A model generated the notes under the pieces. The model was not told where the DNA came from. It searched no databases and saw only the letters and a program-made list of their open reading frames with translations. A program made the translations under genes and the position numbers. Below are positions 26,862 through 35,268 of a stretch of 64,000 bases of DNA, one piece after another; within the stretch, counting starts at the first letter, position 1; each line of letters starts with the position of its first letter. Origin of the DNA: an uncultured Bacteriovoracaceae bacterium (lineage in GTDB: Bacteria; Desulfobacterota; Desulfomonilia; UBA1062); the NCBI GenBank assembly GCA_964600235.1, contig CAZRIV010000010.1, forward strand, positions 72,909 to 136,908, in the 5' to 3' direction.

Positions 26862-27632
26862 CTACTTTAATTCCTTCAGTCTGCCCACCGCCTTTGTCCC
26901 GAAGACCCCGCCCGGATCGAGTTCTATCACCCTGGTGAGTTCTTCTTTCGCTTTTCCGGCAGCCCCCATCTGAAGGTAGAGCTGCGCCAGGTCCCAGCGG
27001 GCCTCTATATATCCGGGGTATTCCAGGACGGCATGCTTGAGCGAATCGATGGCTTCGTTCAGTTTGCCTTGTGCGACATATATCTTGGAATTCAGGTGCC
27101 ATGCCGGTGCATAATGGGAGTTGCGTTCAAGGATCATCTGGGTGGTCTCATAGGCCAACTGGAGGTTTTTCTTTTCCAGGTACATGGAAGCGAGGTTATA
27201 CCTGGCATATTCCGGTGTCTGATAGAGTTCGTCCGTCAGTGCCCTTTTGAAGTTTGTTATGGCATCGTCATATTTCCCCTGGCTTGCATAGATGGATCCT
27301 TTCAGATTGTAGGCCTCCGCCTTGAGGCCAGGATGATCCAGCTCCAGCTTATCTCCCAACTCAATGGCCCTGTCTGCATTTTCCAGGGCCTGGTCGTATT
27401 TTTCCTGCTTCCAGTAGGCAAAGGCAAATCCGTAATAGACCTCGGGGTCATTCGGGCTGACGTTTCTGGCCTTGCGAAGCTCTATGAGCGCACTCTGGAT
27501 TTCGTTTTCCTGGATCTTGCTCATGGCGAGCGCCACCAGGGGTTTTGAAAGAGTGCGCTGTTCCTTGAACTGGCCTGCACAGCCAACGGCAAGCAGGAGA
27601 ATCAGTATGCCGAAGATAAATTTTTTCATCAT
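26862..27632 (-). CDS. TPR-repeat lipoprotein, possibly PilF/Tgl-like
   Basis: Signal peptide with lipobox LLAVGC, then ~6 TPR repeats. Size (~255 aa) and rlmN neighbourhood are reminiscent of pilF. Confidence 0.65.
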   Translation of the reverse strand: MMKKFIFGILILLLAVGCAGQFKEQRTLSKPLVALAMSKIQENEIQSALIELRKARNVSPNDPEVYYGFAFAYWKQEKYDQALENADRAIELGDKLELDHPGLKAEAYNLKGSIYASQGKYDDAITNFKRALTDELYQTPEYARYNLASMYLEKKNLQLAYETTQMILERNSHYAPAWHLNSKIYVAQGKLNEAIDSLKHAVLEYPGYIEARWDLAQLYLQMGAAGKAKEELTRVIELDPGGVFGTKAVGRLKELK

Positions 27633-27704
27633 GGATTTCATCCCTTAACGAATCTGTATTTTTCTGCTTGTCGCATGCAACGGGTTATCATCGCTTTACC
27701 GCCT

Positions 27705-28334
27705 TCATCTCAGAGTCTTGCCGATGACATACCATCCATCCTCGGAATCTGATTCCGTATCCAGGAGAAGGTGTATGATGGTCAGACCCGGGAAAGCCCT
27801 TTTCAGGTCATCCAGGTCCACGGTCTCGAACTTCTTCTTGTTGCTCAAATAGGCCTCAGGTGTCAGGGCATTGGACTCATAAGCATCTTTTGCCCTGCGG
27901 GATATCTTGTCCAGCGAATACTTCTGCGAGCATGATGTCTGCTGGATGAGCAGGGGCCTTCCATGTTTGGCAGCGACCTCTGCAGCCCTCCTGCGCAGGG
28001 CCTGTGTGATGAACGTGGCGTCAAGGATCACGCCCTTACCTCTTGATGCCAGTTCATCCGCCCTGGCAAACATGGTATCATAGACGAGCTTGCGCTTGTC
28101 CATGTTCGATGCGATCTTCTCGTCGAAGATGTCTTCGTCCTTGAGGACCTCTTTACGGATAGTGTCGGTCCTGAGCATGGGATAGCCCTTGATGCGCGCG
28201 ATGAGCTCCGTTGTCTCGGTCTTGTTCGTGGCGGGCAGACCGCAGGCTATGATCACCATACCCTCGGTTATCTCCCGGTCAATGAATGCCTTTAAGGGCT
28301 CTCGCACCGTATATACCTCTTCATCCCATTGCAC
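27705..28334 (-). CDS. P-loop kinase-like protein (AAA_33 / zeta-toxin / polynucleotide-kinase-like fold) with atypical Walker A
   Basis: VIIACGLPATNKTETTE in the Walker A position (GxxxxNKT instead of GxxxxGKT). VILDATF Walker B-like segment. 209 aa. Confidence 0.5.
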   Translation of the reverse strand: MQWDEEVYTVREPLKAFIDREITEGMVIIACGLPATNKTETTELIARIKGYPMLRTDTIRKEVLKDEDIFDEKIASNMDKRKLVYDTMFARADELASRGKGVILDATFITQALRRRAAEVAAKHGRPLLIQQTSCSQKYSLDKISRRAKDAYESNALTPEAYLSNKKKFETVDLDDLKRAFPGLTIIHLLLDTESDSEDGWYVIGKTLR

Positions 28335-28377
28335 GCAAAGTCTTTAGCGCCACCTCATGAGGCCTCTCTGTGCACCC

Positions 28378-29250
28378 TTATATGCCAAACTGGCCGGCAA
28401 CACAATCAGGTACGTGCACATTGCCCATGATCACGGGCTGCTGGTGACAGTCGGACCCGCCCGTGGCGATGAGGCCTTCAGAGCGGACAATGCCCATATA
28501 GAATGCCGAGGCATGCTTGTCGTGCCTGGTGTGCCAGCACTCGATGCCGTCGATAAGACCGAGCATCACGGATCCGATCATCTCCTTCTGCTCCTCGAGG
28601 GACCTTGTCAGGACGGCCAGAGAGGTCCCGTTGGGATCGTTGGGATGGGCAAGCACCAGTCTGCCCCCGGCAGAGCGGATCAGGGTTGAGGCCTCTTCGA
28701 GGCCCAGCGGCATCTTGGGCACATTGCATCTCGTCAGATACCTGTCAAAGGCCTCCTGCCTGGTGCTGACGATCCCCTTGGCAATGAGGTGGTTCGCGAT
28801 GTGGGGCCTGCCGAAGGACCCGTCCACGCTTGCCTCTATGGCATCCATGTCTTCTCCGGTGAGTTCCGCGATGCCTTGCCTGTTGAATTCCTCATTGATG
28901 TTCTTCAGGATCATCCCGGCCCTGATCCTGCGGTAGGAACTGAGCTCCTGGAGCTTCTCCTTAAGTGCCCTGTTCGAGATGTCGTAGCCGTACCCTAAAA
29001 AGTCCAGCGACGCGTCCTTGCCCTTGGTATAGCGCGGGTGGCTGATGGTCACATTCAGCTCCACGCCGGTCAGGTACCGTATCCCATTTGTTTCGGCGAG
29101 TGCCATTGCCTCTTTCTGGGCCTTCACCGAGTCGTGGTCCGTGATGGACAACAGCGATATCCGGCGCCGTTTGGCCTCGGGAAAGATCTGCTCCAGGGTC
29201 CACTTCCCGTCAGATCCGTTCCTGGAATGGATGTGAAGGTCAATCTTCAT
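28378..29250 (-). CDS. PHP-domain metal-dependent phosphoesterase (TrpH/YciV, RNase AM-like)
   Basis: MKIDLHIHS...SDG...LSITDHDS N-terminal PHP motifs. C-terminal AHP...GGSDCH. 290 aa. Confidence 0.75.
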   Translation of the reverse strand: MKIDLHIHSRNGSDGKWTLEQIFPEAKRRRISLLSITDHDSVKAQKEAMALAETNGIRYLTGVELNVTISHPRYTKGKDASLDFLGYGYDISNRALKEKLQELSSYRRIRAGMILKNINEEFNRQGIAELTGEDMDAIEASVDGSFGRPHIANHLIAKGIVSTRQEAFDRYLTRCNVPKMPLGLEEASTLIRSAGGRLVLAHPNDPNGTSLAVLTRSLEEQKEMIGSVMLGLIDGIECWHTRHDKHASAFYMGIVRSEGLIATGGSDCHQQPVIMGNVHVPDCVAGQFGI

Positions 29251-30253
29251 GATTTACATAGCTTCTGGCAAGGTCATAGTACTTCTTTGCCGTTTCAAAG
29301 GCGGCTTCCTTGGACTTGCCGTTCAATCCCGCATCGTCGAGCATGAACGAGGTCACCTTGGCCCGCACATAGGCACGGTAGACCTTGTAAAAGGTAAGAA
29401 CCTGGAGCATCCCTTTATCGCCTGATTCCTGAATATAAGCCTGAACAAATGCATGCGCAAGCTCCGGGTGCCCATTATAGTCCAGGTCCATGGCCAGGAA
29501 GGCCACATCTGAGGCCACATCACCGTACCGGAACCGCTCGTTGAACTCGATGCAGTCGAAGACATAGATATCTCCCCCATGCATACAGATGTGCTCAAGA
29601 TGCAGGTCCCCATGGCACTCTCTGATGTGGCCCTGCGCGACCCTGCCTTCGAAGACCTTCGTGTTGTTCCTGAGGAAGTCCAGGCTCCAGGTCTTTATGG
29701 TTTGAAAGTCCTTTCCTGATACGGGTCCTCCCCGGTAGCGTTCGGTCTGCTCGAAGTTCTCGATGATATTGTGGAAGATGACTTCAACGCTGCCGAAGGC
29801 CTCTGATTTTTCAGTGCCGGGAATGCTTCCATAGACCTTTGCCAGGTGCCTGCCCACGCGTTGGAGTTCGTCGACACCCGCCCTGCCCCGGGCCAGGAGC
29901 CGGTAGAGCATGTGGTCTTCGCTGATGCGGCGCATCTTGAGTGCGTACTCCATGATGTTCGATACATCCCCGATGGCAAAGGTGTTGCCTGCCTGTGAGA
30001 TAGGTACGGCGGCGAGGTACACATCCGGGGAGAACCTTCTGTTCAGCCGCAGCTCTTCTTCGATGAAGAACTTCCGCCTTGGCAGGGTGGTGAAGTCGAG
30101 GAAATCGAAACGAAGGGGTTTTTTCACCTTGTACACAAAGGCATCGCCGATAAAGACCCAGGAGATGTGCGTCTGGATCAGGGATATGCCTGTGGGTTTT
30201 TCCGGGTATGATTCCGGGTCGAGCATGAATTCAATGAGGGTCATCTTTGTCAC
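29240..30253 (-). CDS. Protein-kinase-like / aminoglycoside-phosphotransferase (APH) family protein
   Basis: Brenner-type catalytic motif HGDLHLEHI and DFG-equivalent DCIEF. 337 aa. Start abuts the rlmN stop. Confidence 0.6.
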   Translation of the reverse strand: MTKMTLIEFMLDPESYPEKPTGISLIQTHISWVFIGDAFVYKVKKPLRFDFLDFTTLPRRKFFIEEELRLNRRFSPDVYLAAVPISQAGNTFAIGDVSNIMEYALKMRRISEDHMLYRLLARGRAGVDELQRVGRHLAKVYGSIPGTEKSEAFGSVEVIFHNIIENFEQTERYRGGPVSGKDFQTIKTWSLDFLRNNTKVFEGRVAQGHIRECHGDLHLEHICMHGGDIYVFDCIEFNERFRYGDVASDVAFLAMDLDYNGHPELAHAFVQAYIQESGDKGMLQVLTFYKVYRAYVRAKVTSFMLDDAGLNGKSKEAAFETAKKYYDLARSYVNHED

Positions 30254-31345
30254 TCACGCCTTACCGCCCGCGAGCTGCCCGCAGGCAGCCAGGATATCCT
30301 TGCCCTTTTCCTTGCGGAGCATGACGACATAGGGGCTGTCCTTGAGCCTCTCTTCAAAGGCCAGCACGCTCTTTGTCTCCGGGGCCTCCAGGCCGCAGCC
30401 CGGCCAGGGATTGAAGGGAATGAGGTTCACCTTGGCCCTGAGTCCGTGCAGCAGCCTGATGAGTTTTTTTGCATCCTCGACACTGTCGTTAACGCCCTTG
30501 ATGAGCACGTATTCTATGGTGATGCGCCTGCGATTCGGGAGCTCGTATTCCTTCAATGCCCGTATGAGCTTCTCGATGGGGTACTTCTTGTTGATGGGCA
30601 TGATGGAAGAGCGCGTCCTGTCGTCCACCGCGTTGAGCGATACGGCGAGTCCGGCGTCCGTGTCCCTCGCCAGATCCTTAAGGGCGGGCACGATGCCGCA
30701 GGTGGATATGGTCAGGCGCCGTTTCGATATCCGGGGCCCCTCAGGGTCGGTGATGACGGCGGCCGCCTTGATCACGTTGTCGTAGTTGAGCAGGGGCTCG
30801 CCCATGCCCATGAAGACCACGTTCCTGATCTGCCTGTCCGGGTAGGCCTGAATCGGGTAGAGGATCTGGGAGACGATCTCGCCCAGGCTCAGGTGCCGGG
30901 TAAAGCCCAGGGTGGCGGTGAAGCAGAAGCGGCAGCCCATGGCGCAGCCCACCTGGGAAGAGACGCAGACGCTCCAGTGGTCTTTTTCCGGGATGAGTAC
31001 GCTCTCGATGATCAGGCCGTCGCCGAGCCGATAGGCAAGCTTTTCCGTGCCGTCTTCGGACACCTGAGAGCCCGCGACCTCGGGATATGAGATGTAGGCA
31101 AACTCCGAGATCTCCCGGCGCAGGTCCTTGGGAAGGTTGGTCATCCTGGAGATGTCGCGCACGCCTTTGCCGAATACCCAGGTGAAGATCTGGGAGCCGC
31201 GGTAGGGCTTGTCCGGGAAGAGGCGCTCCAGGTCCTCCCGGGTGCAGTCAAGCAGGTTGAGCCTGGAAGGGGCGCCTGGCGCCCCGCCTGTTTCGATATC
31301 CTCTGGTGAGATGTCCTTGCGTGCAGGCATCCTTATGGTCCCCAT
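30254..31345 (-). CDS. rlmN: 23S rRNA / tRNA (adenine-C2)-methyltransferase RlmN (radical SAM)
   Basis: Radical SAM cluster motif CAMGCRFCFT, conserved MGMGEPL and C-terminal ACGQLAG. Start ATG 31345 has AGGGGG ~10 nt upstream. Confidence 0.85.
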   Translation of the reverse strand: MGTIRMPARKDISPEDIETGGAPGAPSRLNLLDCTREDLERLFPDKPYRGSQIFTWVFGKGVRDISRMTNLPKDLRREISEFAYISYPEVAGSQVSEDGTEKLAYRLGDGLIIESVLIPEKDHWSVCVSSQVGCAMGCRFCFTATLGFTRHLSLGEIVSQILYPIQAYPDRQIRNVVFMGMGEPLLNYDNVIKAAAVITDPEGPRISKRRLTISTCGIVPALKDLARDTDAGLAVSLNAVDDRTRSSIMPINKKYPIEKLIRALKEYELPNRRRITIEYVLIKGVNDSVEDAKKLIRLLHGLRAKVNLIPFNPWPGCGLEAPETKSVLAFEERLKDSPYVVMLRKEKGKDILAACGQLAGGKA

Positions 31346-31416
31346 GGGCTTCAGTCCCCCTGTCTCCAACGGATGTACCGTTCTTTCATGCATTGATAAA
31401 CGGGAGGGGTAAAGCC

Positions 31417-31493
31417 TGGCGCGCCCGACAGGGATCGAACCTGTGACCTTAGGCTCCGGAGGCCTACGCTCTATCCTACTGAGCTACGGGCGC
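31417..31493 (-). tRNA. tRNA-Arg (anticodon CCG)
   Basis: Minus-strand sequence GCGCCCG-TA-GCTC-AGTAGGATA-GAGC-G-TAGGC-CTCCGGA-GCCTA-AGGTC-ACAGG-TTCGATC-CCTGT-CGGGCGC-G-CCA folds as a cloverleaf with 7-bp acceptor stem, GTTCGATCC T-arm, anticodon loop CT-CCG-GA and encoded CCA. Confidence 0.9.
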
Positions 31494-31501
31494 GCATCGT
31501 T

Positions 31502-32692
31502 TCAGTTCTTGCTCATCAAACTTTCAATGGCCATCTCGAGACCCTTCAACGTGATCTCGAACATGGGGAATATCTCCTGGACCGCCTGGATGGTCTGTGT
31601 GTGCGACCAGGTATATTCATACTTGGGATTGAGCCATACACTATGTTTGAACGTCCTGGCAAGGAATTCAAGCTTTTTAATGCTGGGGTCCGATTTCGTG
31701 TTGTAATAAATGCTCCCGTTGCGGCTGAAGAGCTCGTAGGGCGCCATGGATGCGTCGCCCACGATGATCAGCCTGGTATCGGGGTCCATGCGCGTGAATT
31801 CTTCCACCACGTAGGGCTTGTCATAGCGCTGGGGGTCTTTCCACACCCGGGTGTATATGGTGTTGTGGAAAAAGAAGATCTGCAGGTCCTTGAACTGGCT
31901 CTTGGCGTGGTTGAAGAGCACCTGCACCACGTTGATGTAGGGGTCCATGGAGAAACCGCCGTTGTCGATCATGAGCATGACCTTGAGCTTGTCCTTCAAG
32001 GACCGGTCGAACACGATCTCGATCTCGCCGGCGTTTCGCATGGTCTCGTAGATGGTCTTCTCGATGTTCAGGTGGTCCTTGGGGCCTGCGGGCTTCATGT
32101 GGCGCAGCCGCTTCAATGCATCAGAGATCTGGGCCGTCCCGAGCCTTGTGTCTGCGGTGTAGTCCTTGTAGCGTCTTTCCAGTGCCACCTTTACGGCCGA
32201 TTTGTTGCGTGAGGCCCCGCCCACGCGCATGCCGCCCGGGTGATAGCCCGAATGGCCCACCGGGGACGTGCCGCCCGTTCCGATCCACCGGTTGCCCCCG
32301 TCGTGTCGCTCCGTCTGGTCTGCAAGCCGCTTCCTGAAATATTCCTCCAGCTCTTCAGGGGTGAGTTTGCTGAGCGTCTCCTCGTCCACGCCTAAAAACT
32401 CGGCCATGGTCTGGGGGTCCTTGAGCCACTCCTCCAGCAGGGCCTTGATGGCCAGGTCTATCTCTGCATAGGCATCCGCGCCCAGCTCGGCGCCCTGGAA
32501 GAAATGGGCGAACACCCGGTCATAGGTGTCGAAATGTCGCTCGGTCTTGATGAGCACGGCCCTGCTCACCGAGTAGAGGTCGTCCAGGGAGGTGATGCAC
32601 CCTTTTTGCAGGGCCTCCTGGAGCCGTAAAAAGCTCGACGGAGAGATGGGGACCCCCTTGTCCCTCAAGAGATAGAAGAACTCCGTAAACAC
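31502..32692 (-). CDS. VWA-domain protein of the CoxE/VWA-containing family (partner of MoxR ATPase)
   Basis: C-terminal VWA domain with MIDAS-like segment VMLMIDNGGFSMD. 396 aa. Immediately downstream of the MoxR-like ATPase. Confidence 0.7.
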   Translation of the reverse strand: MFTEFFYLLRDKGVPISPSSFLRLQEALQKGCITSLDDLYSVSRAVLIKTERHFDTYDRVFAHFFQGAELGADAYAEIDLAIKALLEEWLKDPQTMAEFLGVDEETLSKLTPEELEEYFRKRLADQTERHDGGNRWIGTGGTSPVGHSGYHPGGMRVGGASRNKSAVKVALERRYKDYTADTRLGTAQISDALKRLRHMKPAGPKDHLNIEKTIYETMRNAGEIEIVFDRSLKDKLKVMLMIDNGGFSMDPYINVVQVLFNHAKSQFKDLQIFFFHNTIYTRVWKDPQRYDKPYVVEEFTRMDPDTRLIIVGDASMAPYELFSRNGSIYYNTKSDPSIKKLEFLARTFKHSVWLNPKYEYTWSHTQTIQAVQEIFPMFEITLKGLEMAIESLMSKN

Positions 32693-32707
32693 GTCTGATA
32701 TCTACCC

Positions 32708-33544
32708 TCAATAGGACCCGGTTACCTGCCGCTGCACGATCTTGAAATCCTCGCTCTTCTTGAACAGCACGCCGAGGTACGGGATGTCGCCCCTGGAGAG
32801 GTGCCTGGGGTCGAACCCCTTGTCCATGATGAGTATCCTGATCCAGTTGATGAGCTCCCGCGTTGCCGGCTTCTTCTCGATGCCGCGCACATTGCGCAAC
32901 TTATAGAACGCCTCGATGCAGGCTTCCGAGAGCTTCTTGTCGAGGTCCGGGAAGTGCGCGCGGACGATCTGGTTCATCATCTCGGTGTCCGGGAAGGCGA
33001 TGTGGTGGAACACGCACCTGCCCAGGAACGGGTCGGAGAGGTCCTTCTTGGCATTACTGGTAATGATGATGATGGGCCTGTTCCGGGCCCGCACAGTCTT
33101 GTCTATCTCCATGATGTCAAAGGACATCTGGTCGAGCACGTCTAAAAGGTCGTCCTGGAAGTCGGTATCCGCCTTGTCGATCTCGTCGATGAGGAGCACG
33201 ACTTTTGTATCCGATGCAAATGCCTGCCCGATCTTGCCCATCTTTATGTAGTGCTCGATATTGCTCACGTCGCGCTTGGAGTCCGCAAAACGGCTGTCGT
33301 TCAGCCGGGTCAGGGTGTCATACTGGTACAGGGCCTCAATGGCCTTCATGCTGGACTTGACGTTCAGGATGATCAGCGGCATTTTCAGGTCTTCTGCAAT
33401 GGCATGGGCAAGCAGGGTCTTGCCCGTGCCGGGCTCGCCCTTGATGAGCAGGGGCATCTCCAGCTTGATGCTGGCGTTCACTATCTTAGACAGCTCAGGG
33501 TCGAGAACATAATTTTTTCCGCCGGAAAATTCGGTGTCCTGCAT
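32708..33544 (-). CDS. MoxR-like AAA+ ATPase (CoxD-like)
   Basis: Walker A GEPGTGKT, Walker B LLIDEIDKA, sensor region. 278 aa. Confidence 0.8.
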   Translation of the reverse strand: MQDTEFSGGKNYVLDPELSKIVNASIKLEMPLLIKGEPGTGKTLLAHAIAEDLKMPLIILNVKSSMKAIEALYQYDTLTRLNDSRFADSKRDVSNIEHYIKMGKIGQAFASDTKVVLLIDEIDKADTDFQDDLLDVLDQMSFDIMEIDKTVRARNRPIIIITSNAKKDLSDPFLGRCVFHHIAFPDTEMMNQIVRAHFPDLDKKLSEACIEAFYKLRNVRGIEKKPATRELINWIRILIMDKGFDPRHLSRGDIPYLGVLFKKSEDFKIVQRQVTGSY

Positions 33545-33842
33545 GCGTTTGCTCCTGAAGCGAATTTTTAGACCTCCTTTCTTAGCACACTCCGGTGGAT
33601 CAGTGAACAGGTTATCAGAAGATAATTAACAGAATGATATTATTGTATATATTAGTGATAAGGACTTGGGGATGCACCGCAGACATACACGGAATGTATC
33701 GTCACGCCGTACAGAGAGCCCGCCGGCAAAAGGGTCTTGGATAATCTAATATTGAAAGAGAATCGCATGAAGCGTTTAAAAACTTTACGGCATCAAATTC
33801 CGGGTTGTCAGTGCAAGAGCTTTGGATTAAGGATGTTCAAGT

Positions 33843-35264
33843 ATGCTATTCAATTATTGGTTTATCATTCTCATCCTGGCTGTTCTCCCTGTTTACTATT
33901 CATTGACGAGGTTATGGCAGAACCTGTTCCTCATACTTGCAAGCTACCTGTTCTACAGTTGCTGGGACTACCGTTTTCTCTCACTCATCATCATAACGAC
34001 CTTGTTGAACTTCTATTTCAGTTTGAGGATCCACGCAGCAAAGGATCGTGCGGCAGGCAAGACCTTTTTAGTCCTCGGGTTAGTGTATAATCTTGGTATC
34101 CTTGGATATTTCAAGTACTACAATTTTTTTGTCACATCGTTCATAGCTGCGTTTCAGTCTTTCGGTTTTGTGCCCCACGTGCAGGTACTGAACTTCATCC
34201 TGCCGCTTGGAATCAGTTTTTTCACCTTCAAGATCATCGGGTATCTCATGAATGTCCACAGGGGGGTACAGGTGCCTGCGGATATCGTGTCTTTCGCACT
34301 ATTCGTCTCCTATTTCCCCGAGATATCTGCGGGCCCCATAGGAAGGGCCGCCCCTTTTTACCGGCAGATCGGCAGGAAGAGGGTTATGACAAAAGAACAG
34401 ATCTTTGCCGGCCTGCAGCTGATTCTCCTTGGTTTTTTCAAGAAGAAGGTCATCGCGGATGCTGTTGCTCCTTATGTAACTCAATGTTTCTCTTCGCCTC
34501 AGGAGTTCATGTCCATGGATCTTCTCTGCGGGATGTATCTCTATACCCTTCAGATATATGCCGACTTCTCGGGCTATACGGACATTGTCCGGGGTTTGAG
34601 CAAGCTTCTGGGAATAGAGATCATGGAAAATTTCAAACAGCCATACCTGTCGAGAAACATCAGGGAATTCTGGAGGAGGTGGCACATATCCCTGTCCGTC
34701 TGGCTGAGGGATTATCTCTATATCCCTCTGGGAGGCAGCCGGAAGGGCACTGCCCGGACATACGCCAATCTGCTGGCCACCATGCTCCTGTGCGGCCTCT
34801 GGCATGGCGCCTCGTGGGTTTTCGTCGCCTGGGGCGGCATGCACGGGGTGTACATGGCTCTCAACCGGTTCTTCCGGGACACCGTGAAGAAGGCCGATTC
34901 AGCCGGGGCCCAACGTCGGGGCATGGCAGCATCGGCCGTCTCGGTTTTCATAACGTTCCATGCAGTCGCCCTTGCCTGGATATTCTTCCGGGCACCTGAC
35001 TTCGGCGCGGCATGGACTTACATTTCTTCCCTGGCGGATATATCTCGTTTCGGTTCCGTGTCGTCAACCATCTTGCCGGTCACGCTCTTCTCCCTGTTAC
35101 TGACCCTGGCCATGGATCTCCCCATGTACCTCTCGGACAGGGAACTGCTCGTGACGCATGAAACCCCCTGGCCCTGGCGGGCAGTCGTGTATGCGCTGCT
35201 CATCTGTTGCATCTCCTTCCTTGGTGAGACGTATGTCCAGCCGTTCATCTACTTCCAGTTCTGA
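33843..35264 (+). CDS. MBOAT-family membrane O-acyltransferase (AlgI/DltB/PatA-like)
   Basis: Multi-pass membrane protein. MBOAT hallmark FWRRWHISLSVWLRDYLYIPLGG with invariant His. Confidence 0.8.
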   Translation: MLFNYWFIILILAVLPVYYSLTRLWQNLFLILASYLFYSCWDYRFLSLIIITTLLNFYFSLRIHAAKDRAAGKTFLVLGLVYNLGILGYFKYYNFFVTSFIAAFQSFGFVPHVQVLNFILPLGISFFTFKIIGYLMNVHRGVQVPADIVSFALFVSYFPEISAGPIGRAAPFYRQIGRKRVMTKEQIFAGLQLILLGFFKKKVIADAVAPYVTQCFSSPQEFMSMDLLCGMYLYTLQIYADFSGYTDIVRGLSKLLGIEIMENFKQPYLSRNIREFWRRWHISLSVWLRDYLYIPLGGSRKGTARTYANLLATMLLCGLWHGASWVFVAWGGMHGVYMALNRFFRDTVKKADSAGAQRRGMAASAVSVFITFHAVALAWIFFRAPDFGAAWTYISSLADISRFGSVSSTILPVTLFSLLLTLAMDLPMYLSDRELLVTHETPWPWRAVVYALLICCISFLGETYVQPFIYFQF

Positions 35265-35268
35265 TCCC

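Noticed and set aside
31417-33544. Possible genomic island or prophage integrated at tRNA-Arg
   Set aside because: I find no integrase, recombinase or transposase, no phage-like genes, and no obvious duplicated tRNA 3' fragment. Flanking genes (rlmN, MoxR/VWA, MBOAT) are ordinary chromosomal genes.
35158-35268. N-terminal extension (MKPPGPGG...) of the DltD-like ORF
   Set aside because: The extension overlaps the 3' end of the MBOAT gene in another frame. The ATG at 35269, 4 nt after the MBOAT stop, gives the expected N-terminal membrane anchor.
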